NCBI GenBank assembly: GCA_039714075.1
Contig: JBDLKA010000020.1
Span: forward strand, 1-45,819
Direction of reading: 5' to 3'
DNA from: Candidatus Krumholzibacteriota bacterium
GTDB lineage: Bacteria > Krumholzibacteriota > Krumholzibacteriia > LZORAL124-64-63
Length of the DNA stretch: 45,819 bases
Shown here: piece after piece, positions 9,238-16,476 of the stretch
Layout: every line of letters starts with the position of its first letter
Numbering within the stretch: the stretch's first letter is position 1
The notes under the pieces: generated by a model
What the model was told of the DNA's origin: nothing
Database searches by the model: none
Seen by the model: the letters and a program-made list of their open reading frames with translations, nothing else
Made by a program: the position numbers and the translations under genes

Positions 9238-9438
9238 TTAAGAGATGTAGCCCAGTCCCTGCATCCGCTTGCGGATTTCCTCTTCGCTGTCGCCGTCCTT
9301 TTCGAACCTGGCGATCTCGCGCTCGAGCACGTGGTGCACGAATTCCTCGGGCGAGGAGTAGCCGGCGATGCCGCTGAACTTCTTCACCTTCGCCAGGAGA
9401 TCCTTGTCGATCTTGATCTTGTCTCCGCCGCCGAACAT
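9238..9438 (-). CDS. 66-aa ribbon-helix-helix (CopG-like) protein with C-terminal LGYI tail
   Basis: Strong RBS (TAAGGAGG) before ATG 9438. Beta-helix-G-helix pattern KIKIDKDLLAKVKKFSGIAGYSSPEEFVHHVLEREI, then tail EEEIRKRMQGLGYIS. Confidence 0.8.
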   Translation of the reverse strand: MFGGGDKIKIDKDLLAKVKKFSGIAGYSSPEEFVHHVLEREIARFEKDGDSEEEIRKRMQGLGYIS

Positions 9439-9460
9439 GGTCGCCTCCTTATCGGTAATA

Positions 9461-11422
9461 TTACTTGTCCGCGCTGAACAGGTCGCCCCCGACCATCTCG
9501 GCCGGGGGTTCAAGGCCGAACAGGCGCAGGATGGTGGGCGCCATGTCCACCAGTGCGGGGTTTTCGCGCAACACCGGCCGGTTGGCCAGCAGGATCCCTG
9601 GAACTTCCGACGCGGCGATGCAGTGATCGCCGCTCCACTTGAGCATGTTGTCCTCGAACTGGACGTCGGGAATGCTGCCCAGCGCCGATTCGTTGCTGCC
9701 GCGCCAGCCCGCATAATACCCCACCACGATGTCCGGGCCGATCCGGGTCATATCCCCATGATAGACCTGATCCGAACGGTCGGCTGTCTTGATCGCCCGC
9801 CGTCCGTCCAGCGGATCGACCACCTCTTCCAGACGGTTTTTCAACTCGGCCAGCAACTGTTCCTGCTCGGCCCCGGGCTGGACGATGCCCTGCGTTTCCC
9901 GCCCGGCCAGGTTGATGTAAAGACCGTTGATCCCGATGGCGTAGGCCCGCGTGCGCCGCCAATCCACCCCGAACAGCATTTCCACGTTGCCGGGCTGCCG
10001 GCCCTCTTCCAGAACCAGGTAGCCGTTGTCGTAAAGCCAGGTGTTCAGGTGAAAGGCGCGGTTCCAGGGCGCGAAGCCGTGATCGCTCATGACCATGATC
10101 ACGGCGTCGGGACCGGCGCGCTCGGCCGCCAGACCCAGGGCCGCATCGAGTTCGGCGTAGACGTCCCGGATTCTCTGTTCGTGCACGTGGTCGCTGGTCC
10201 CGTAGGTGGGCGAATCATGATCCATGTTGCGCCACATCATGTGGCACACCTGGTCGGGCGAGTTGAAGTAGAAGAAAAGCAGGCCCTCGTCCAGGGCCGC
10301 GAACCGGTCCAGTTCGGCTTCCAACTGGTCGAGCCTTTCCTGCAGCACGAAATCGCTCTGCTGGACGTAACCGTCATCCGTGAAGAAATCGTTTTCCAGG
10401 GCGCTGGTATCGTCCGGTAGCCCCTGGGTGTAGAAAAGTCCCGTGTCCTCGGCGATTTCCCGGCTGTATTCCGGCGGCGTGCTGATGGGCATTTCCGGTT
10501 TCACCGGATCGATCTGCACCGGGGTGACGTAAAGCCGCAGATGGGGGCTGGTTTCCATCAGGTAGAACCGGCAGATGCCGCGCACGGTCTTGAGCAGCGG
10601 GATCATTTCGAATTCGACCGTGACCCAATCGCTCCACTCCCCGTCGGCCAGAACGATTTCGCTGTCACCGGCGGTGATCCAGGCCGAACCACTGCCCTGG
10701 TCGACGATGATTTCGACCGGCGACACGGCTTCGGGATCGCCCTCCCGCCAGGAATTCGGGGGGCCCATCAGGTCGGCGGTGCAGCGCCCGCCGTCCAGGT
10801 AGACCGAAACCACCTGGCCGCCGGCCAGGTCCCTCTCGACCGGCGGGTCGTCGGTGATCAGCGTGGAGATGCCGTAATTGCCGGTGATGTCCGGCGTGCC
10901 CATCCCGGACAGGCTGCGTGCTTCACATTCGACCGGAGGAAAATTCGAAGGCACCTTGAAGATGGTCGCGTCCACCCCGGCTTCGGTCAGCAGTTCCCAG
11001 AACGCCGTGCCCTGGCGCAGATTGCGGACCTCGCTGCCGCCGCGGGGCATCTTCCAGGAACCGATCCTCCAGAAGCGGGTGGGCCCCTTGGCCTCGCTGG
11101 CGCTGAAAAACGGCAGCATGGATTCGGGGTCGCGGTGGATGAAATCGAAAATGCCGTGCCCGCCCGCGTCCATGCCCGTGATGAAGTTGGACCAGGCCAC
11201 CGGTGACTGGGGCGGGGTCGAGGTGCCGAAGGGCGTCAACTGGCCGCCGCCGGCCAGGAACCTGTCGAAATTCGGCATGACACCCTGGGCGCGGAACTCA
11301 TCCAGCAGCTTGGGGTCCATGCCGTCGAAACCCAGGACCAGGACCCTGGGGCCGTCCCCCGCAGTCGCCCCGGTTGCGAACAGGGCCAGCAAAATCAGGA
11401 AAGTGTGGCGCAGGCGCCTCAT
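9461..11422 (-). CDS. Alkaline-phosphatase-superfamily phosphodiesterase-like protein with signal peptide, AlkP-2
   Basis: LGFDGMDP, PPQSPVAWSNFITG, HGIFDF, SPDQVCH, MSDHGF, WSGDH; Sec-type signal MRRLRHTFLILLALFATGATA. Confidence 0.88.
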   Translation of the reverse strand: MRRLRHTFLILLALFATGATAGDGPRVLVLGFDGMDPKLLDEFRAQGVMPNFDRFLAGGGQLTPFGTSTPPQSPVAWSNFITGMDAGGHGIFDFIHRDPESMLPFFSASEAKGPTRFWRIGSWKMPRGGSEVRNLRQGTAFWELLTEAGVDATIFKVPSNFPPVECEARSLSGMGTPDITGNYGISTLITDDPPVERDLAGGQVVSVYLDGGRCTADLMGPPNSWREGDPEAVSPVEIIVDQGSGSAWITAGDSEIVLADGEWSDWVTVEFEMIPLLKTVRGICRFYLMETSPHLRLYVTPVQIDPVKPEMPISTPPEYSREIAEDTGLFYTQGLPDDTSALENDFFTDDGYVQQSDFVLQERLDQLEAELDRFAALDEGLLFFYFNSPDQVCHMMWRNMDHDSPTYGTSDHVHEQRIRDVYAELDAALGLAAERAGPDAVIMVMSDHGFAPWNRAFHLNTWLYDNGYLVLEEGRQPGNVEMLFGVDWRRTRAYAIGINGLYINLAGRETQGIVQPGAEQEQLLAELKNRLEEVVDPLDGRRAIKTADRSDQVYHGDMTRIGPDIVVGYYAGWRGSNESALGSIPDVQFEDNMLKWSGDHCIAASEVPGILLANRPVLRENPALVDMAPTILRLFGLEPPAEMVGGDLFSADK

Positions 11423-13542
11423 GATGCGGCCTCCCGGTCGGCATCCTCATCATCGTTCAGGAAAATGCTCCGCCCGGTCATGTGTCCGGGCGCGGCCAGT
11501 CCCAGCAGATCCAGCACCGAGGGCGCCATGTCCACCAGGTTGGGTCTGGTCGAAGCGAAGGGCACCGTGGAGAACAGCACTCCGGGAACCTGCCGCGGGT
11601 CCATGCAGTGGTCGCCCGACCAGCTGCGCGTATTGTCGCTGATGATCGTACTGGTAACCGCGCCCACGGCCGCGTCCCAGTCGGTGCGGTAACCCGGTTT
11701 GTAGCCGACTATCGCGTCGGGACCGTTTTCGCGGTAGGGCCCGCGGTAGATTTCCTCGCAGGCCCACAGCTCGGTGATGGCCTCGCTGTCCTGGTCGGCA
11801 TCGGGCAGACCGCGCAGCTTGTCGTTTATCTCTTTCTTGAGGGCCAAAGCCTCGTCCGGCTCGACACAGCCGCCCTTTTCCCGCCCCTTGATATTCAGGT
11901 AATACCCGGCCAGTCCGTTGGTATACGCACGGGTGCGCGGCCAGTCGATTTCGCCGGCCTCGCATCGTTCCCCCGCGGGAATTTCAGGCAGCGGTCCCGC
12001 TTCGGGATCGGTCTTCAAAAACAGGTAACCGTTCTCGCGGAACCACGCATTCAGGTTCACGCCTCTTTTGAACTGCTTGAACCCGTGGTCCGAGACCACC
12101 AGCAAGGCGTCGTTCTTGCCCATCTTTTCCAGGGTCTCGCCCACCAGATCATCGGCCCTGCGGTACAGGTCGAAGACGGCGTCCTTGTGAACCTCGGTGT
12201 CCTTGTCCCGGTTGGCGGGATGGTCGGCGTCCAGATACCGGAAGAACATGTGCTGGATGCGGTCGGTGGCGTCGAAGACCACCGAAACCACGCCTTCGGG
12301 CTGGCGATCCAGCGCGTGGAAGAACTGGGCCTTGCGTTCCTCGTGGAAACGGTAGGCCTGGTCCAGGAAGGCCTGCTCGTCCAGGACCCGCTCGTTCAGG
12401 GCCCAGGTGTCTTCGGCCAATCCCAGGGTCGCGAACCGGCCCTGCAGCCTCGAGAGGGCCATGGCGTAATGGGGCGGATTGCTGATGGGCATCGCGGGCT
12501 GCCGCGGATCGATGTGCAGCGGACTGACATAGAAGGAGAAACCGGGTTCGAAACCCGTGATGCGGATCAGGCAGATGCCGTGGGCCTGTTGCGTCCTCTT
12601 GCCGAAGCCGACGGGAATCCATTCGGAGTATTCGTTCTCCCCGAGCGTGAACGTTTCGCCCGCCAGAATGAAGGTTGCCCTCTTCGCCCCCGGGTCCACC
12701 GTAACGGTGATGACCGCTTCCATACTCCCGGACCCATCCGGCTTGTCCGGCCCCAGCAACCGCGCGGTCCACTTTTGGTCGCCGGCCGGCTCGAGGTCCA
12801 TCCGCACGCCGCCGGTGGTGCGACCTTCCTCGTTCTTCAGCCCCGGCTCGGTGTAATGTGAGAAGGTGCCCTGGGTGCCGCGCAGGTCGGGCACGCACAT
12901 CGCCGACAGCATCTTACCGCCGAACTTGTCCGGCGGAAACGTGATGGGGATACGCAGGATCGAACTTTCGACCCCCGCCTCGGCGCAGGTCTTCCAGAAG
13001 GGTTTGCTGCGCTTGAGAAGCTCGAACTTGTGGCCGCCGCCGGGCAGGGTCACCGGGCCGATCTTCCGCGCGGGCTTCACGCTCAACCGGGTGGAGGAAA
13101 GAACCGGCAGGTGGGTCACCATGTCCCGGCTCAGAAAATCGAAAATGTTGTGACCGCTGGGATCGACACCGGTCGCGAACGTCGACCACCCCACCGGCGA
13201 CATGGCCGGCCAGGTGGTGCCCAGGGGGCGGAAGCCGCCTTCGTCCTTCAGTCGGATCAGGTTGGGCAGTTGTCCTTCGTCCATCATCTTTTTGCTGATG
13301 ACCGGATCGAGCCCGTCCAGGCCCAGAACCACGACCCGGCGGACCTTGGCGTTTTTCAGCCGCCCGCGACCGCGCAACGAGCGAATGACCACCCGGACCG
13401 GCCAGGCCAGCACCGCCAGGAAAGCCAGCAGGATACCAGCCAGGGCGAACAGGAAAGATCCGCCTAGCGCGAAGCCCGCGCCCGGGCCGATGTAGGCCGG
13501 AGCGAAGACAAATGCGGGCGCAATGATGAGAGCGGGCAACAT
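11419..13542 (-). CDS. Alkaline-phosphatase-superfamily phosphodiesterase-like protein with N-terminal YIGPG motif and TM anchor, AlkP-1
   Basis: LGLDGLDP, PAMSPVGWSTFATG, HNIFDF, TDRIQH, VSDHGF, WSGDH. ATGA overlap with the next gene; clear paralog of AlkP-2. Confidence 0.88.
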   Translation of the reverse strand: MLPALIIAPAFVFAPAYIGPGAGFALGGSFLFALAGILLAFLAVLAWPVRVVIRSLRGRGRLKNAKVRRVVVLGLDGLDPVISKKMMDEGQLPNLIRLKDEGGFRPLGTTWPAMSPVGWSTFATGVDPSGHNIFDFLSRDMVTHLPVLSSTRLSVKPARKIGPVTLPGGGHKFELLKRSKPFWKTCAEAGVESSILRIPITFPPDKFGGKMLSAMCVPDLRGTQGTFSHYTEPGLKNEEGRTTGGVRMDLEPAGDQKWTARLLGPDKPDGSGSMEAVITVTVDPGAKRATFILAGETFTLGENEYSEWIPVGFGKRTQQAHGICLIRITGFEPGFSFYVSPLHIDPRQPAMPISNPPHYAMALSRLQGRFATLGLAEDTWALNERVLDEQAFLDQAYRFHEERKAQFFHALDRQPEGVVSVVFDATDRIQHMFFRYLDADHPANRDKDTEVHKDAVFDLYRRADDLVGETLEKMGKNDALLVVSDHGFKQFKRGVNLNAWFRENGYLFLKTDPEAGPLPEIPAGERCEAGEIDWPRTRAYTNGLAGYYLNIKGREKGGCVEPDEALALKKEINDKLRGLPDADQDSEAITELWACEEIYRGPYRENGPDAIVGYKPGYRTDWDAAVGAVTSTIISDNTRSWSGDHCMDPRQVPGVLFSTVPFASTRPNLVDMAPSVLDLLGLAAPGHMTGRSIFLNDDEDADREAAS

Positions 13543-13668
13543 GGCGTGAAGATGCGGCTTTCTGGTCGGTCAGGTATTTACAGGGCAACAGTGTTAAAGA
13601 GCCGGTCTGAACGTAATCAAGCGACCGGATCGGGGCAACCCGATTACCGGTCACCGGGTTCCCGAATT

Positions 13669-13687
13669 GATAATGATAACATATTCA
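13669..13687. promoter_or_regulatory. Fur-box-like AT-rich site upstream of the AlkP operon
   Basis: GATAATGATAACATATTCA matches the first 11 nt of the Fur consensus GATAATGATAATCATTATC; the right half is degenerate. Confidence 0.3.
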
Positions 13688-13801
13688 TGGGCTGTAGGGG
13701 CCTATTGAGGACCTGCGGGTTGGAGACGTACAGGAGCGCCCTTTGACGGTTCGGCTGAGCCGGTGCAGGGCCCCCCGGGGGGCCCTCATGACCGGGGTCT
13801 G

Positions 13802-13834
13802 AAAAAGCGGCCCCGAGCATTTGCCCGGAGCCGC
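13802..13834 (-). terminator. Intrinsic terminator of the astacin gene
   Basis: Minus strand reads GCGGCTCCGGGC-aaat-GCTCGGGGCCGC-TTTTT. Confidence 0.75.
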
Positions 13835-13860
13835 CTGCCAAGATTGGACCGCTCCTCAAA

Positions 13861-16026
13861 TCATTTGAGAAGAACCAACTTCTGAGTTGACCGGGCCTTC
13901 CCGTCCGTCAACAGGCTCAGGTAAACGCCGGCAGCCACCGGCATGCCTTTCCGGTCCCGTCCGTCCCAGACGACCTCGTAGGGACCCGGCGCCATGGCTT
14001 CATTGCGCAGTTCCCTGACCAGGTTGCCCCGGTAGTCGTAGATCCGCAGGGTGACCAGCGAGGTCTCGCCCACGTTGAAGCGGATCCTGGTCAGCGGGTT
14101 GAAGGGATTCGGATGGACGGAAGTGATTTCCGTCCGGAGCGCGGACCCTCCACCCGTGGGAAGATCGGGATTGTTCCCACCGTCGAATTCCGAATTCAGG
14201 CCCACCGGCACGATGAAGGTCTTGCCGAGAACCCGGATGTCCGGTACGAGGTAGTCGACCTCACCGGCCCGGTAATGCAGACCCAGCGTGCCGCCGGTGA
14301 CGGTTTCGACCTCGATGCTCTCGGCCCCGTCGTTGATCGGGGTCGGGAAATCGATGAAACGCGCCACGGCCTTCATCGAATAATGAACTACCAGATCCTG
14401 CACCCCGTTGCGGTCCATGTCGATCAACCGGCTGGACAGGGGCCGCAGGCATACTTCGGTGTTGCCGACGTACGCATGGTAGGGATCGATGGTGGTCGCA
14501 TCGACGTCAACCGACGGGACAACCAGGGCAAAGGTCCTGGCCGAGGTATCCACATCCGAACCGTCGGGCAGGAATCCCGAGAAGGCCAGTGCGGTCCCGG
14601 ACTGGTCGTGCGGCACGGTGACAAATACTTCACCGATTGTCTGGTTGCCCGAGAAATCGGTCGCCGAGTAGGTCAGGGTATAATAGCGGCCGTCGCCGCC
14701 GCCCAGCCTTTCGGACCGCAGCTGGATGGTGAAGTCGTCGGTGATCATGATGTCCGGCGAAGTGTGTCCGTCGCCGAGTCCGTCGTCGGGTTCGTTGCTG
14801 ACGACGCTGACCAGGGCGATCGCCGGGTCGTCGTCGCAGTTGTCCTCGGAGGTCACCGTGACCAGGATGTCGACCATCTTGTGATTGGGCGGCCACAGGA
14901 CGTTCCGGTTCAGGTCAATGGTCATGGTGGGCGGAGTGACGTCGATGACGGTTACCGTCGCGTCGCAGGACGACGTCTCCCCGCATTCGTCGGTGATGGT
15001 CAGGGTCACGGTGTGGTTCCCGACCTCACACACCTCGACCGACTGTTCGCAGTCGACGGGCATGCCGTCCAACTCGGTGATGCAGAGGGACACGACATCG
15101 CCCGCTCCATCAGGATCGTAGGACCCGTCGTCGATGTCCGCCACGGTGACCTGGATGCAGCAATCCCCGTCCGCTTCATCAATGAAGGGCCGGCACATGG
15201 CCACCGGAACGTGATTCAGGGTGGGGCTGTAACGGGCCGCCATGCCCGCCTTGTCCCGGACGCTCAGGTATTCACGCTGGCCGATCCTGTCCTGCCATTC
15301 GCCCGCCCAGGGCTCCAGGACGGTGATGGTCCGGCAGTTGGCCAGATCGGCACTGCAATCGGCACAGATGTTGAAGGCGCATTGGGGATAGTGCATCACG
15401 GAATCGAAATCGTAGTCGCCGTAGTTGTCGGAGCTTCCTTCGATGTCGAAATTGTGGTCGCAGGGATCACCGCTGCAGCAGTCCTGGCAGACCCGGTCCA
15501 GGTGCACCTGGACAAAGGAGTCCCGGTCGCTGCGGGACTGCTCGTGGATCAGGCCCAGGGCATGGCCTATTTCATGTGAGATGGTGAAGATGCGGTTCCA
15601 GCTGACGATGCTCATTTCCTGCTCGCCGCCGGTCATGCCCACTTCCGACCAGTTGCCCGAGCCGGTGAAGACAAAGATGTAATCGCCGTCTCCCTCCCCC
15701 TCGATGAACTGAAGGTCGGCGGCGCAGGTCCAGTGGAAGGCCCCCAGACGCCAGTTGTCCCGCTGGGCGGCGGTCACTCCGCCGTCGAACGTGTAGTACA
15801 CGATGCCGTCGGTCCACCTGTCGCCGACGAACCCGCTTTTCTCCAGGTTGGACACCTTGAATTTCATATCGTCGATCATCAAGTAGGTTTGACCGGGCGG
15901 CAGGGTTTTCAATAAATCGATCTGATCGGGTGAAAGTGCTTTAGGTTGTTCAGGCAGGAATGTGGATGACGAGGCCGCACCGCTCCAGAGCAGCAGGACC
16001 CCCATGAGAATCAGTATTCGTTTCAT
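13861..16026 (-). CDS. Secreted astacin-family (M12A) zinc metallopeptidase with Ig/HYR-like modules and C-terminal FlgD-Ig (T9SS-like) domain
   Basis: HEIGHALGLIHEQSRSDRD zinc motif, YDFDSVMHY Met-turn, LWPPNHKM module, PNPFNP...WDGRD...GVY...KLVLLK C-terminal domain, signal peptide. Confidence 0.9.
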   Translation of the reverse strand: MKRILILMGVLLLWSGAASSSTFLPEQPKALSPDQIDLLKTLPPGQTYLMIDDMKFKVSNLEKSGFVGDRWTDGIVYYTFDGGVTAAQRDNWRLGAFHWTCAADLQFIEGEGDGDYIFVFTGSGNWSEVGMTGGEQEMSIVSWNRIFTISHEIGHALGLIHEQSRSDRDSFVQVHLDRVCQDCCSGDPCDHNFDIEGSSDNYGDYDFDSVMHYPQCAFNICADCSADLANCRTITVLEPWAGEWQDRIGQREYLSVRDKAGMAARYSPTLNHVPVAMCRPFIDEADGDCCIQVTVADIDDGSYDPDGAGDVVSLCITELDGMPVDCEQSVEVCEVGNHTVTLTITDECGETSSCDATVTVIDVTPPTMTIDLNRNVLWPPNHKMVDILVTVTSEDNCDDDPAIALVSVVSNEPDDGLGDGHTSPDIMITDDFTIQLRSERLGGGDGRYYTLTYSATDFSGNQTIGEVFVTVPHDQSGTALAFSGFLPDGSDVDTSARTFALVVPSVDVDATTIDPYHAYVGNTEVCLRPLSSRLIDMDRNGVQDLVVHYSMKAVARFIDFPTPINDGAESIEVETVTGGTLGLHYRAGEVDYLVPDIRVLGKTFIVPVGLNSEFDGGNNPDLPTGGGSALRTEITSVHPNPFNPLTRIRFNVGETSLVTLRIYDYRGNLVRELRNEAMAPGPYEVVWDGRDRKGMPVAAGVYLSLLTDGKARSTQKLVLLK

Positions 16027-16227
16027 GGTTTCCCCCCAAAGGTTAATTTCCTGGTGATATCACGCCTTTCCCTGGGAATGGTTCGGAAGGATTGGAAAAA
16101 CAACTGCGCATGACCCGCCCCGTCCCCGACTTTAGGACGGATTCCTCCAGTTGAAGGGTAGGTATTCTAACATAAATGAATTTTATTTGTCAACCCGGTG
16201 TCAAACGTCATTCCGCCTGCCTCTGGG

Positions 16228-16265
16228 AAAGAAAAACACGCTCCGGCGGAATCCACCGGAGCGTG
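16228..16265 (-). terminator. Intrinsic terminator-like hairpin with no obvious upstream CDS
   Basis: Minus strand reads CACGCTCCGGTGG-att-CCGCCGGAGCGTG-TTTTTCTTT. Confidence 0.7.
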
Positions 16266-16421
16266 CCGTCGTCCCTCCAATCCCCCTACGGAGCCGGCTT
16301 TGCGATAGAAGAAGCTGTACTCCAGGAGATGCCCCTCGTTCTTTTCCAAGAATCGGTCTCGCGGTCCGAAGGTCTACCGAGGAACACCATGGGCGGCATG
16401 AAATAGTTGCAGGGTAGAAAT

Positions 16422-16449
16422 AAAAAAGGGCGCCCCGACCGGAGCGCCC
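16422..16449 (-). terminator. Intrinsic terminator of the octaheme cytochrome gene
   Basis: Minus strand reads GGGCGCTCCG-gt-CGGGGCGCCC-TTTTTT, about 27 nt after the stop codon. Confidence 0.8.
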
Positions 16450-16476
16450 CTGCCAACAAGAATTGTGATCCGAATA

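Noticed and set aside
9238..9714. 158-aa ORF as listed in the ORF track
   Set aside because: The first 92 codons mostly overlap AlkP-2 in another frame. The RBS supports the start at 9438.
16270..16340. c-di-GMP-I riboswitch suggested by CGCAAAGCC on the minus strand
   Set aside because: I could not find the upstream GGCAAA/GNRA P2 stem or the P3 receptor pattern.
16394..16411. Sigma-54 promoter (GGCATGAAATAGTTGC)
   Set aside because: The GG-to-GC spacing is 12 nt rather than the required 10.
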